This document shows, piece by piece, positions 38,539 to 50,298 of a stretch of DNA of 64,000 nucleotides. Every line of letters starts with the position of its first letter. Positions within the stretch are counted from its first letter, which is position 1. The notes below the pieces were generated by a model. It was not told the DNA's origin, did not search any database, and worked only from the letters and a program-made list of their open reading frames with translations. Source of the DNA: Andalucia godoyi And28 (lineage: Eukaryota > Protista > Jakobida). The stretch lies in contig VRVR01000001.1 in the NCBI GenBank assembly GCA_009859145.1, forward strand, positions 16,463 through 80,462, in the 5' to 3' direction. Both the position numbers and the translations under genes were made by a program.

Positions 38539-40794
38539 ATGGATATCGAAGACGAGCTGCAAGATCTGAAGCGGAAATTCAGTCTCTTAGAAGGCGATCG
38601 CAAGGCCTTTTACGAGTCTTCGCAGCTTTCGATGAAGCAGAATCGCGAGCAGTTGACTCTTTTGAAATCTGAGAGCAAACAGCTTCGAACGGCTCTTCGC
38701 GATGCACAGCGTGAATCGTCCTTCCATCCAAAGGAGTCTTCTCTTGGACCTTCTGCTTCTCGCAAAGGCTCGTCGGATGTTCGAGGTTCGACGCCTGGGG
38801 CTTCGGCAACGACTGCTTTCTCTTCTTCTGGAGTGAATGTCCACGAAATGGAGGTCACAAAGCTTGAAGCCCAGCTGCTGAGGCTGCGGCGTGCATATGA
38901 CCAGACTGTGTTTGAGCGCCAGCAAAAGTCAAAGTCGGTCGAAGGTCTCCGAGATGAAGTTGGGTACCTTGAGCGCGATGCGACTGCGGCAACTATTCTT
39001 GGGACCACATCCGTTGGAGCGAACAGTAACAGCAACAATAACAATAGCGCCAGCACCAACCTTCATCACACCAGCAATAATAATAACAATGCAACGTCTG
39101 GAAATCTGGGAGCGCCCGGGACAGTGTCCAAGGAAGAGTCTGCCGAGTCGACGGGCCGTCAGATTCGGATGTTGGAAAATCGTCTGGACAAGGCAATGAT
39201 CAAATTCAATGAAGCACAGTCGATTCGAAAGACTTACGAGCAGATTGTCAAGCGGTTGAAAGAAGAGCGGATTGGATTTGACCACCAACTTGCTGCGATC
39301 GAGCGTACATTGAAGGCCAAGGAGCGTGATTTGGAAGAGCTCAAGCTAATGTCCCATGACGCAACACACGCCCGGGATGTTGCTCGTGCAGAACTGGCCG
39401 GATTCAAGCATGCGCATGACGAAGCCAAGAGAGTTCGGGAGCGTGAGTTGGCTGAGCGAAGAGCATACGTCGAGGCAAAAGTTGAGCAGACAAAGAAGAT
39501 GCAGCAGCAGTCAAATGCAGCGAACTCTGGGAATGCCAATGGAAAGGACGGAAAGGACAGCAACAGCGAAGAAGAAAAGAAGAAGAAGCAGGTGGCGGAT
39601 GCAATGGCTTCCGAGTCTGCTGCTGGTGCGCGGGCCCGCGAAGAAGAGTCTTTGCTTTCGAATTATGAGGAGATGTTCCGCAAAATTAAGGAGGCTACGG
39701 GAGTGTCCGATGTCAATGAGGTTATTTCCAAGTTTATGACGCAGGAAGACACACAAAAGTCGCTCGAGGAGACGTGCAAGGAGCAGCAGACGAAGGTCGA
39801 CGCACTAGGTGAGGAAAGAAACGCGCTCAAATCCAGGCTTGAGGAGGTCAAGTACTCTGGAACTGCAAATGCTGGCTCGCGCAGAATCGTCGACGAATTT
39901 GAAAGCCAGCTTGCTGATGCCAATGCAGTCTGCGAGAGAAACCGACAGAAGTACGAGCGTCTTGCCAAGATTCTCATCAATGTCAAGGCCGGAATTGAGC
40001 ATTTGCAGGACAAACTCGAGGTTCTTCGTTCTGGGAACAACAACACCGCAGCCGCTGCAGGCAAGAAGAAGTCTAGCAATGGATCGGCCCAGAATGTCGG
40101 CCAGAATCCAGATGACTGGCCCGAGCCAGTGCCTGTTTCAGACGAAACCGTTGTGCAAGCCCTTGCTCTCTGCGAGCAGAAGATCGTCTGGCTGCGCCAA
40201 AAGATCGCCGAGATCCAGCAAGCCATCGCGGACTCGCAACCGCAACCGCAACCGCAGGCGGCGGCAGCACCGGCAGCACCGGCAGATTCATCACCGCAGC
40301 CCGATCACGCACAACCCCAGTCGACTGCTGGCTCCAGCGCAGAAAATGCCCAAGCTTCTTCCGCTACCGGCGCAGAGAGTGCTGGCGGATCATCTGCATC
40401 TGCTGCACCGGCATCCGAAGATGCGGCTGCGCCAACTGCAGCCACGGCACCTGCACCGACAGCGGCTGCCGCTTCGTCGACCCCGACTGCCTCTGGCGCA
40501 GGTTCGGAGCCCGAGAAGCCTTCTTCACCAAGCAAGATGACTCGTGCAGGATCGTCGGCAGCCATTGCATCGGACTCGTCCGCCGCCGTGCCCATGGAAC
40601 TCCCGGCCAACAATGTGCGCATCAAGCTGCCATCGACCATGGGAGACGACGACGAGGAGTCCGGAGACTCGGACGATGACGATGAGGTTCTCAACCGAGA
40701 AACCGTCAAGAGACTCGCGGCGATCGCTGTTGAAAAGGCCACCAAGAAGCCCAAGAAGAAGAAGACTGCAAAGAAGGCCGAGAAGAAGGAATAG
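38539..40794 (+). CDS. ODAD3: Outer dynein arm docking complex coiled-coil subunit (CCDC151/DC1-ODA10 family)
   Basis: ATG at 38539. FSLLEGDRKAFYE and IRMLENRLDKAMIKFNEAQSIRKTYEQIVKRLKEERIGFDHQLAAIERTLKAKE, plus YEEMFRKIKEATGVSDVNEVISKF and ANNVRIKL. Confidence 0.8.
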   Translation: MDIEDELQDLKRKFSLLEGDRKAFYESSQLSMKQNREQLTLLKSESKQLRTALRDAQRESSFHPKESSLGPSASRKGSSDVRGSTPGASATTAFSSSGVNVHEMEVTKLEAQLLRLRRAYDQTVFERQQKSKSVEGLRDEVGYLERDATAATILGTTSVGANSNSNNNNSASTNLHHTSNNNNNATSGNLGAPGTVSKEESAESTGRQIRMLENRLDKAMIKFNEAQSIRKTYEQIVKRLKEERIGFDHQLAAIERTLKAKERDLEELKLMSHDATHARDVARAELAGFKHAHDEAKRVRERELAERRAYVEAKVEQTKKMQQQSNAANSGNANGKDGKDSNSEEEKKKKQVADAMASESAAGARAREEESLLSNYEEMFRKIKEATGVSDVNEVISKFMTQEDTQKSLEETCKEQQTKVDALGEERNALKSRLEEVKYSGTANAGSRRIVDEFESQLADANAVCERNRQKYERLAKILINVKAGIEHLQDKLEVLRSGNNNTAAAAGKKKSSNGSAQNVGQNPDDWPEPVPVSDETVVQALALCEQKIVWLRQKIAEIQQAIADSQPQPQPQAAAAPAAPADSSPQPDHAQPQSTAGSSAENAQASSATGAESAGGSSASAAPASEDAAAPTAATAPAPTAAAASSTPTASGAGSEPEKPSSPSKMTRAGSSAAIASDSSAAVPMELPANNVRIKLPSTMGDDDEESGDSDDDDEVLNRETVKRLAAIAVEKATKKPKKKKTAKKAEKKE

Positions 40795-41421
40795 CCAACA
40801 TCTGCAACAGCAGCATAGGAAACAAGGCTCGGATATTATGTAGAGCCTGTGACTCTTTTGTGTATAAAATAAAAAACAATACTTTGTTTCATTATCATCA
40901 TCATACGGGCGCTGGGGTGCGTTTGTGCGGCGATCGCCATTTTGCGACAGTCGGCCAATTGCTCGTAGTGGGAAAAAAAAACTCTGCCTTCTGAAGCTTG
41001 CAAGTCGAAACTGAAGAACTGTCACTTTTTGCAACTTGGGTGTTCGTCTTTGACACTGTCCTTCTTGCCGGCAGCTCCAACCACCACCACCACCCCCACC
41101 ACCACCACCACCATCACTACCACAACAGCAACAGCAACAGCAAGAATACGAAGAAAGAAACTGGTCTTCATAGTCTATAAATGCCCACTGCTGAAATCGC
41201 GTTGTACTTGTCCACAGACTTTCCTCGACATCTGGTCTCAATCATCGACTCCATTGAAGTTTGTCTTTTTCATTCTTTCTTCTTATGATTCTTATTGTTG
41301 TTGTTGTGTTTTTATTCTTCTTCTTCCTTCCCCCCCCTTCCTTTTTGAATGCGCAGAATGGTTGATTTAACGCTGAATTGTACTCCATGTTTTTTTTTGT
41401 TGTTGTTGTTTTTTTGACACA

Positions 41422-42493
41422 ATGTCGGGTTTCTTTGATGATTTGGTAGAAGTCGCTGCTTGCACTCCGACCGATTGAGGATCCTCCAGATCCATTGAAG
41501 CGTGCTGGGAACGACCAATCCTCGTCGTTTTCGACATTTTTTTCGTTTCTTAACAAGCCAATCGGTGCACCGTCGCCACGGGACTCCGTGTCGGGCCCTC
41601 TTCCATCTCCACTCAACTCGGACAGCCAAGACAAGACGACAGGATCTTCGTACGGACCATCGACTGTTCGCAAGACGTTTCGGAAGAATGCGAAAAAGCT
41701 GTTCTTCAAGGACAAGAATGGGCATTTCCAGGGATGGGTGCTTTTGAACGGCTGGTATCTTGTCGATGCGAGCTTCCACGTGCAGCATTCGTTGATTCAC
41801 AAGGGGTATACATACGAAGGATCCCTTGGGTCGTCAGAGGTTGTGCTTCGTCAGATCCGGTCGTCGTTTCGTTTTTGCGAAACGGCACAGTATCAGACGA
41901 GAAATACGCTTGATCTAGTGCGATTCGAGCTGAAACGAATACACGATGCACAGGTCATGCGGCAAAGTTCAGATTCTGCCGAACGGGAATCAGTCGCAGA
42001 TTTCACAACGGTGCAGCAATCGGATTATGGACTTCCCATGTCGCTCGACCAAGCCATTCAGCGGGTTCGCAACATTTTGCTGTCTCTGCAGGCTGCACGA
42101 GATCAGCTGCTAAGCTCAGAGGCCAAGGACAAGATCGAGCGTTCGGACAGCGAGTTCCTATTTATGGCGCCACCGTGTCCGGATGAAATGCGGTTCGAAG
42201 CATATCTCAATGGGCCGAACTTGGTGACGAATTGCTACGGGTTCACCGACAAGTCTGCAAACCGAAGAACCATGACTTCGACGAGAGGATATGCTCTCCG
42301 CCCGCAGTTGCTTGGCGCACTCCGGCCAATGGCCATCTCTGGAAAGGTAGTCCAGATTGGGCACACGCTCGAGCAGCAGTCATCCATTGATTACGTTGCC
42401 GAATACATTCGGTTTTTGGACGAGGCGTTCAGCACGACCCTTGTCATCAAGAACGCTTTCGATACGCTCAAGAGCATGCAGGATGCGTCGTAA
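41422..42493 (+). CDS. ROGDI: ROGDI/Rav2-like protein (RAVE/Rabconnectin V-ATPase assembly); 5' end unresolved
   Basis: Open frame 41450-42493. QGWVLLNGWYLVDASF..LRQI, VRNILLSLQAARDQL, FMAPPCPDEMRFEAYLNGPNLVTNCY and VVQIGHTLE follow the recalled Rogdi pattern. There is no in-frame ATG before the conserved region; the nearest ATG (41422) is out of frame. Confidence 0.65.
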
Positions 42494-42892
42494 AGTTGCA
42501 CAAAAGAAATGAATGAGTGAAGGAACCAAGGAACCGCATTCCCATCCCCAGCGCGCCTTCTTTTCAAATAGATGGTAAATTTACGTTTTTTCATTTGAGG
42601 AAGAAAAAAAAAGCTTCTACGAAACACGGAACATCTCGGTGCAGCGAACGATGCATAGAGCAGATTCTAATTTTTTTTTCTTCTTCTTCTCCTCCTTGCT
42701 GTTGGTGATTCAGAAAGAAAAAGACGTCGCACACCATTGAAGGACAAGGAAAGAAACAGATCGCTCACCAAAGTGGCAAGACTCGATCGACGGGTTCTAC
42801 AAGACAAGACAAACAGAAACCAAAAACAACCTGGAGAAAACGGACATTCGAAAGAACAATCATGTGTAAATACAAAAAACAAATCACATCGG

Positions 42893-44437
42893 TCATCGGT
42901 CTTCTGGGGTGGGAGGAGAGTGCGGAAGACCTTCTTCAGGGATCCAAATTCCAACTCCAAACTGCGCACAGAACGACTGGAAGCGCGTGGGGTCAACAAA
43001 CAAATTCCACTCCATGAGATTCATAAACTCGCGTTCCATCGAGTTGAACTTTTGAAGCGACAACCACGAACCACCAATGCGGATCCAGTGCTCGTTCGTG
43101 TATCGCATGGATACATCATCCACAAACTTTGCTGCCGCCGCGCACGCAACGAGAATCAGCCTTGAAGAATTGTTGGAGCTGATCTTCAGCTTCGGGTGCG
43201 CCTGGAGCATGTTTCGCAAGTAGTACATACCGACAATGATGCAGAGTGGTGAAGTGCGGGATCGATGCATGAACATCTCGCAAAACTCCCGAGCCTTGAA
43301 GACAGGATCTCGTCCAAACTCGTTGTAGCCCGGATCATGAGGACGCAGCCTCGGCATTTGATCGACCAAGTCCGCCACCAGTCGCTCGACAACTGCAACA
43401 ACCTGATCCACGGAAAAGTCAAATCCGCATGCAGGAAACAGCAAGCTGTCCATATCTACTCCGCCAATCGTGCTGGTAGAACATGTTGACGTGGACGAGG
43501 TTGTTGATGAAACGGACTCGGTTCTTGAAATCGCTGCCTTTCTCGGCGCAGCGGGAACATTCACCGACAACGATGCCAGCTTCTGATCCACACCCGCCTG
43601 CATCGCAATACCATTTCCATTGTTCTTGTTGTTGGTCGTGGTGGAGGAAGAGGGGAGTCCGTGGAGCTTGACAGGCGTTTGCGCACGCTGCGGATGATGG
43701 ACAGGCATGCGCTTTTCGTGGCTCGCAACGGCATTCACGATTGAGTTTCGGCTGTTAAGACGCATTGCAGAGACGGATCGGCGGCCGGTGTTGGCAATGT
43801 TTGAGGCTCCCCGGGATGGAACACAGCAAATAGGAGGCAGCATGACTGGCGGGACGTTTGACACAACGTTCGATTCTTGCACAACAATATACTCGACTTC
43901 ACCGGACTCGGTAAACTGTTGGTTATTTTGCAGTTGCTGCTGTCTCGGCTGTTGATTGTTGCTGCTGTGACGAAAAGCACCAAGATGCGGCTGTTCAAAC
44001 GCTTCTGGAACCGAGTCTACTTCCCTGATGAACTGAGCAGTCTCTTCCTCCTCGTCTCTGACCTGGTCGAAGAACTGCTTTGGCGTCGACGACTCCGACG
44101 ACTCGGAATGCTTGGACTTTCGCGAGCAAGTAGACTCTGCTGAAGACGCCCGCGACGAAAATGACGAGGCTGAAATCTGAGGAAGCCGCGCAATATCTGT
44201 CGAAGGATGCTGCTGCTGTTGAAGAGGATGGTGATGAACAACAAGGTTCTTGGAACTGCGGACAAACACTCGTTTGAGTTTCTGCAGTGCTTTCGATGCA
44301 GTTGTCGTAGACTTGCTGTTGCTGTCCTGCTTGCAATTGTAAACAGGAGTGCAATGTGGCGCAGAGACAATGTTGTTGTGGTTCAAAGATGAACAATGTG
44401 AATTTGAAATCTTCACGGCAGAAGAAGAACGCTTCAT
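42893..44437 (-). CDS. Cyclin, PHO80/P(U)-type, with a long low-complexity N-terminus
   Basis: 514 aa. C-terminal cyclin box TSPLCIIVGMYYL..ISSNNSSRLILVACAAAAKFVDD..TNEHW.RIGG..L..FNSMEREFMNLMEWNLFV. Confidence 0.85.
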   Translation of the reverse strand: MKRSSSAVKISNSHCSSLNHNNIVSAPHCTPVYNCKQDSNSKSTTTASKALQKLKRVFVRSSKNLVVHHHPLQQQQHPSTDIARLPQISASSFSSRASSAESTCSRKSKHSESSESSTPKQFFDQVRDEEEETAQFIREVDSVPEAFEQPHLGAFRHSSNNQQPRQQQLQNNQQFTESGEVEYIVVQESNVVSNVPPVMLPPICCVPSRGASNIANTGRRSVSAMRLNSRNSIVNAVASHEKRMPVHHPQRAQTPVKLHGLPSSSTTTNNKNNGNGIAMQAGVDQKLASLSVNVPAAPRKAAISRTESVSSTTSSTSTCSTSTIGGVDMDSLLFPACGFDFSVDQVVAVVERLVADLVDQMPRLRPHDPGYNEFGRDPVFKAREFCEMFMHRSRTSPLCIIVGMYYLRNMLQAHPKLKISSNNSSRLILVACAAAAKFVDDVSMRYTNEHWIRIGGSWLSLQKFNSMEREFMNLMEWNLFVDPTRFQSFCAQFGVGIWIPEEGLPHSPPTPEDR

Positions 44438-45400
44438 TATCTTATCCTTTTCTCTCTCTTTCTCTCTCTCTCTCTCTCACGCTCTTACTCTCACTTGTTA
44501 TTCCTGTGGTAGTTAATCAATAATTCGTGGCTTTTTCTCTCCTCACCAAAAAGATATGAAGACGTGGAAAGCACGAAACTGTGGGAGTAATTTCTGGATT
44601 TCAAAATGTACGAGCAAAAATGTCAGATCCTGTACGAGCAGACCGAACGGGATTTCAATATTCCGAATAACAACCAAAAAAAAAAAAAAGGACAAACAGG
44701 GCGAGCCAAGTGCAACACGAAGTCTGAATGTCCAGCTTTTCAAATGAACCAAGTGTTCAAAAATAAAATTGGAAAGCCTCTTGTCAAGATAGAAATGGTT
44801 AGAAAGCAAGAAAAAACAGAGAATATTTGTCAGAGGAAAAACCAAGTGTTCTTCACAGTGAACAAAAAAAAATGTTGGGAAAAGGTTAGTGAAGAAAACC
44901 AAAAGACCTCTCTCTGTCTCTCTCTCTCTCTCTTATATGTTTGAACTTAAAAAGAAAAGAAAAGAAAAGAAAAGAAAGAAGAAAGAGAAAATAAAAAAGA
45001 AAACGCAGGGAAATCAAAAAGGTAAAAATGAAAAGAAAGACAAAGGCTTTGGAGAAATGATGATGATGACGCGCGTTGGAATCGAGGACGGATTGGGGAA
45101 CAAACCGGCTCGTCATCATCAAAAATAGTAGTGGAACAAGCGGGTCATTTTTCTCCTTTCCCAGTTGAAATGTGTTGTGTGTGTGTGACTGTGCGCCAGA
45201 ACGAATCGGTTTCCAACGCAGGCATCAAGTGAGAGATCTCGTCACCACGCTTCATCGTTCACGAGGTTGTTGGTCGTTTGTTGCCTTTTTTTAAATATTA
45301 CAACAGGTTGGGGGCTCATTTGATCACAGAGCCGACTACGACGGGAATCGCCCTTCCATCCTTTCTTTTTCTTTCGAGATTGGGAAATCCAAAACAATGG

Positions 45401-45464
45401 AACAACAGAACAACAGAACAACAGAACAACAGAACAACAGAACAACAGAACAACAAAACAACAG
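45401..45464. repeat. 8-bp tandem repeat (AACAACAG) x8
   Basis: Eight units, one variant (AACAACAA), between ATG 45397 and ATG 45499. Confidence 0.95.
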
Positions 45465-45498
45465 AGAAGAAGGCAGCGTGCAGCCAGGAATCTGGGGA

Positions 45499-47421
45499 AT
45501 GGCATCGTTCGCCACTCCGGTGATGTCGTATCTCCGCAGGTTCTATCCGAAAGCACACGTTTTTCAGTACCAGCTGTCAAGCATCAGCGAAACTCCCATC
45601 GAGTTCCACGGAATCACCCTTTCATGGGATGCTTCATCCAGCTGCATTATTGCCGCCGTGAATGCTCCTGCACGCGCTCCCGAACACGAGCACGAACAAG
45701 AGCACGAAAAAGGATCCAAGCTTGCTGCACTGGATTGGTTTGCAAATGTCAGGATAGAATCGTGTGTGACGTCCTTGTGTTTTACCCGGAGTGATACGCT
45801 GGTGGTTTGCAGTCTGGATCGAGTGTGCAGGCTGATTCATCATCTTCGTTGTGGTTCGCCCCGAGAATACGCAAGCTTTGAACTTCCAGACCGCTTGGAA
45901 GCCAACATCGTGATTCCAGGCTCGACGAAATCGCAAGGGATCTGCTTCTTCATTGGGACAAGTACGGGATCCATCCTGTATGTTCAGGATTCCGGTTTCC
46001 AGCGCGCAGAACATCAGGCTTATGTTCAGATTGAGGATCAGAATGAGGAGCGCGATCATGCGCACGCATCTGCGACAAAAATGTTTGAACCGACGATTCA
46101 AGTCTTTGAAAGAGGCGATGCGAAGATCACTGCGCTGGCAAGCGTAGCAAGAGGCGGGCAGCAGAAACAGGAATTGCTGGTTTCGGGCGCCGAGGACGGG
46201 GCTATTTGTTTCTGGAGTGTGGCAAATCGCACGCTACTGAAAACGGTCCATACTGGCGAGCAGATTGACAGAATTTTCCAGGCTGGAAGGGACGGAAGAC
46301 TTGTTGTGGCACAGAGTTCAGATGGGTCGCTGACGATTGTGAATCTGAACGCTGTGACACGTGCGATGGATGGGTACAAGGTGCATAGGAAATTCTTCAG
46401 CACATCGGGAGACAAGCTGTGGGTTCATCCGACATCCCCGGGGCTTCTATTCGTGGTTTCGGGCTCCAAAGTCCAATTGGTTGACGCGGAATCGTTGAGT
46501 CTCGTTTCGTGCTTTTCGTATAATCGCAGCCCAAGTGGCCATCCGCTGGTCGCCATCGATCCCGCAGACTGGCCCAGCGCTTCCATCCTTTGGATTTCTC
46601 CAGAAGAAGAATGCGTCGTGCTTGCGAGTCCCGTGTTCGGCGTCGTTTCGTTCTCTCTTCGCTCGGATGCCTCGGATTTGAAGACTCGCTTGCACATTCC
46701 TGCACAGTTTTCTAACATCATCGATTTTGTGCACACCGACTCGGCCAGTGGCTGGTTTGCGGTGACATGCATTAATGGAGAGGTCGTACTGGGTCGCGAA
46801 ACCCTTGCGCGTGCGGAAAGAGAGTGTGAGGTGGGCGACATGCAGGAATCTCCCATGCAGGAATCTCCCATGCAGAAGCAGGGAGCGCAGTGCAAAGTCG
46901 GCTTGCTGGCACTATTCCAAAGTTGCATTATTGCACGAGACAAGGATTCGATGTACGTGTTCAAAGTCTCTTTGGAAGAGGAAGCCATGGCGTCGCTTGT
47001 TGTGGATCAGTTCAGGTACATGAATCGTCTCGAGTCGGGCATTGCCGCCCTTACACTGGACCGCGATCGCGCCGCCACTGCTGTCGAGGCTCTTCAGAAT
47101 GAAATATCAAGGCTGAAATGCCTCGTTGAACAATCGACCGTCCGCGAAACCCAGACCGCCATGGAACTGGCGACTGTGCAAAGCCAAGTAGTGCAGCTGA
47201 TGGAAACCCAAGAGTTGCTGACGCAGCATCCTTTGTCGTGTTATTTCAACAGTCTTTTGCGAAATCCAGTTTCTTTCCGTGATCCATTGCCCGAGTATGT
47301 CCCCGAGGATCTGCGTCCTGCTTTCAACGGCCTGCTCAGCGACCTCCAGCATCTCCTTTCACTTCTCTCCTCCGCACCATCTGCTCCTCCTGTCGATCCT
47401 TCTCAATATCCATATACGTGA
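45499..47421 (+). CDS. WD40/beta-propeller protein with C-terminal coiled coil, family unassigned
   Basis: Long ORF (alternative in-frame ATG at 45397). WD-like repeats such as LLVSGAEDGAICFWSV and FFIGTSTGSILY. Heptad-rich C-terminus. Confidence 0.75.
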   Translation: MASFATPVMSYLRRFYPKAHVFQYQLSSISETPIEFHGITLSWDASSSCIIAAVNAPARAPEHEHEQEHEKGSKLAALDWFANVRIESCVTSLCFTRSDTLVVCSLDRVCRLIHHLRCGSPREYASFELPDRLEANIVIPGSTKSQGICFFIGTSTGSILYVQDSGFQRAEHQAYVQIEDQNEERDHAHASATKMFEPTIQVFERGDAKITALASVARGGQQKQELLVSGAEDGAICFWSVANRTLLKTVHTGEQIDRIFQAGRDGRLVVAQSSDGSLTIVNLNAVTRAMDGYKVHRKFFSTSGDKLWVHPTSPGLLFVVSGSKVQLVDAESLSLVSCFSYNRSPSGHPLVAIDPADWPSASILWISPEEECVVLASPVFGVVSFSLRSDASDLKTRLHIPAQFSNIIDFVHTDSASGWFAVTCINGEVVLGRETLARAERECEVGDMQESPMQESPMQKQGAQCKVGLLALFQSCIIARDKDSMYVFKVSLEEEAMASLVVDQFRYMNRLESGIAALTLDRDRAATAVEALQNEISRLKCLVEQSTVRETQTAMELATVQSQVVQLMETQELLTQHPLSCYFNSLLRNPVSFRDPLPEYVPEDLRPAFNGLLSDLQHLLSLLSSAPSAPPVDPSQYPYT

Positions 47422-48324
47422 AGGACTCCAAAGACGTGCTTCTCCTCAAAATCTCATTTTATTGAATTTTTTCTTCCCCAACTGCTTCTTACAGCCTTCA
47501 TAGATCCTAGTGCTTCATCATGAATACGATTTTTTCACAACGCAGCAAAAGAAACAACACTGAAGACTGAGAGAGCCAAAAAAATAAGAATATAAAAACA
47601 GAAAAAGGATAAAAAGGACCATAGCAGCTGTCGCGAGAGAAAGCAATGTGGAAACCAGTTGTTATTTTAAAAAAATGATTTTCTCTCTGTGCCGCTCGCC
47701 AAGACATGAATCATGATTGACCCATCATCGGGCTAAGCTGTCACCCGAAGACAGATTCAATTTGGGACGAGCACCAACTCTTCAATGCAGATTGCTCTGC
47801 ATCAACGGGTCATCGCTTCTTCTTCTTGCTCTCGGCCTCCGACGAGAGGAGATCACCGGGTGTCTTGGTTCTCGGTGTCTTCAAGCATGGCTGGCGTGGG
47901 TTTGTTGGGAAGATCCCTCTTTGGAGCCATGAGATGTTTTGTCTTTGTCTTTTTGATGAGATGCTGCTTGAGGGTTCGATGATAAAATACACAAACAAAC
48001 GGAAAGAATAAACAGAGAGAACGAAACAAATAGAAATCCTGGAGTGGACTACGGTAGGAAAATCGTATTGTTTGATGTCCAACGTTGAAGCACAAAAGCT
48101 GTCAGCCGTTTGGACAGTTTCACATATGTGGACTCTCCAAAACAAAAGGGAAGAAAGAGGCATTCCTCTCTCTCTCTCTCTCTTTTTCTCCTCACTCTCT
48201 CTGTGTGTGCTGATTGTCTTTTCCAGTTTTGAAATTTTTCTTCTTCTTTATTTTTTGTGCAATTTCACATCACCACCCACTCACGCGCAGACCGACAAGA
48301 AAAAGAAGGGAAATAAAAAAGGAA

Positions 48325-50298
48325 ATGTCTACGAAGCTAAAGGAGACGTATGTGTTGGAAGAAGTTGATTTCGACCCGGATGATGACGATGACGACGTTG
48401 ATATTGCGGCTGTTGATGTTCCTTCGGATGCAGAGTCGGATGGCGATGACACTGGGTTTGTAGAACATCCGGAGACATCGCAAGGAGATGAAGAGGACTT
48501 TGAGTCGATGGTCCGAAGTCTGCAGAAGTCGAAACTCCAGGATAAATCGTCTACCTCGAATCTGAATGGGACTTCACTGTCGAGCACGAGTGTGCCTCGT
48601 GGACAGGTGTCTAAGCGTCCGGAAGTTGTGGATGACTTTATCCGCAACTTTTTGATAAAGTCTGGGATGATGAAAACGCTCGATGCGTTTCAGTCGGAGT
48701 GGTACGATGCGATTTCGTCGGGAAAGATTGACGCGCAGAGAACGAATTCAGTTCCAGACATTTATTTGATGAACCAGGCACTGGAGGAACGGATCTTGAC
48801 GATGGAGACAGAGCTGAACCATGCAAAGGAAGTGGCACAAAAGGCAAAGGCCACGTGGGACAAGTTCCGCAAAGAACGGGACTTTCACAGAATGCATCAT
48901 CGAAGAGTCGTGCAAGAAAAGAACAAGTTGGTCAAGGACATTCAGCGGCTTCAAAAGCATTATGAAAACTACGAACCGACATTGAACGAAATGAAGCGAA
49001 AGTACGAACTGGCAATGAAGGAAAAGATGCTCACGAAAATCGAGCGAGACAAGATCGCGGCGAGGGCAGATGCCCTCGAAGCGAGCATGGCAGCTACTAC
49101 AGGAAACGGAGGAGTCCCGTCGACTGCTGCATCGGGCTCGGCATCCGTCATGGGCTCGCGCTCAAGGCTTGGGCACAGCACCACAGGGCACAAGGCAACT
49201 TCTGGAGCGTCAAGCGCAGCTGGAACAAAGAAACTGTCTGCCACCGCGACTGGCACAGGGACTGGTGTTGCAACTGGTGGGATGAGGTCGCCTTCGTCTG
49301 CAGGACTGGAGGGGACTGGGAAGAATGGTGCGACCGCCTCGTTTGCACAGCTTCCGGCGGATGCTCGTGTGAATCCGTACTTGGATGTGGAGTTTGAACC
49401 GACTGCTGTGGACCGATTTTCGATGCGAAACACTCGAAATGGAGCGCACTCAATGGCGATCGCAAACGTGGCGATCCATCCCAGAAAGCCCGTGGTTGCG
49501 ACCGTGTCGGATGATACGACTTGGAAGCTGTGGTCGCTGCCAGGTGGCGAGCTGATCATGTCTGGTGAGGGTCACAAGGACTGGGTTTCTGGCTGTGACT
49601 TCCATCCGAGAGGAACCCATTTGGCAACATCGTCAGGCGATGGCACGATCAAGATATGGGATTTTGCGTCTGCGTCGTGCGTGTCGACGTTCGCCGATCA
49701 TTCGCAAGCAGTGTGGTCCTGTGCATTCCATGACGGCGGCGACTTTTTGGTTTCTGGTTCGTTGGACCATACCGCAAAGCTGTGGGATGTGCAAAATGGA
49801 AAGTGTCGAACAACACTTCGCGGGCATCTGGATTCTGTGAACCACGTTACTTTCCAGCCGTTTTCCAATCTCGTGTGCACTGCCTCCGGAGACAAGACTG
49901 TTTCTGTGTGGGACTGCCGATCGGGAATGTGCATTCAGACGTTCTATGGCCACCAAAATGCAGTGAATCATGTTTCGTTTGCGCTTCGCGGAGATGCTAT
50001 TGCTTCTGCGGATGCCGACGGCGTGGTCAAGATCTGGGATGCAAGAATGGTTGCCGAGCGCTGTCACATCTTTGCTGGCCCGCATCCGTCGAATAAGTCT
50101 GTGTTTGATCGATCCGGGGCGATCCTTGTCATTGCTTCGGATGACGGAAAGATTAAGGTTGCCGACACAGAGTCTGGAAACATCATTTCCGAGCTCTCGG
50201 GACATGAGGATGCCGTGCAGGCTGTTGCATTCGACAAGGATTCTTCATTCCTCGTCTCGGCTGGCGCCGACTGTTCTTTCCGATACTGGAGTATGTAA
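48325..50298 (+). CDS. SPAG16: Central-apparatus WD protein PF20
   Basis: 657 aa from ATG at 48325. RPEVVDDFIRNFLIK, WDKFRKERDFHRMHHRRVVQEKNKL and YELAMKEKMLTKIERDK, followed by 7 WD40 repeats. Confidence 0.95.
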   Translation: MSTKLKETYVLEEVDFDPDDDDDDVDIAAVDVPSDAESDGDDTGFVEHPETSQGDEEDFESMVRSLQKSKLQDKSSTSNLNGTSLSSTSVPRGQVSKRPEVVDDFIRNFLIKSGMMKTLDAFQSEWYDAISSGKIDAQRTNSVPDIYLMNQALEERILTMETELNHAKEVAQKAKATWDKFRKERDFHRMHHRRVVQEKNKLVKDIQRLQKHYENYEPTLNEMKRKYELAMKEKMLTKIERDKIAARADALEASMAATTGNGGVPSTAASGSASVMGSRSRLGHSTTGHKATSGASSAAGTKKLSATATGTGTGVATGGMRSPSSAGLEGTGKNGATASFAQLPADARVNPYLDVEFEPTAVDRFSMRNTRNGAHSMAIANVAIHPRKPVVATVSDDTTWKLWSLPGGELIMSGEGHKDWVSGCDFHPRGTHLATSSGDGTIKIWDFASASCVSTFADHSQAVWSCAFHDGGDFLVSGSLDHTAKLWDVQNGKCRTTLRGHLDSVNHVTFQPFSNLVCTASGDKTVSVWDCRSGMCIQTFYGHQNAVNHVSFALRGDAIASADADGVVKIWDARMVAERCHIFAGPHPSNKSVFDRSGAILVIASDDGKIKVADTESGNIISELSGHEDAVQAVAFDKDSSFLVSAGADCSFRYWSM

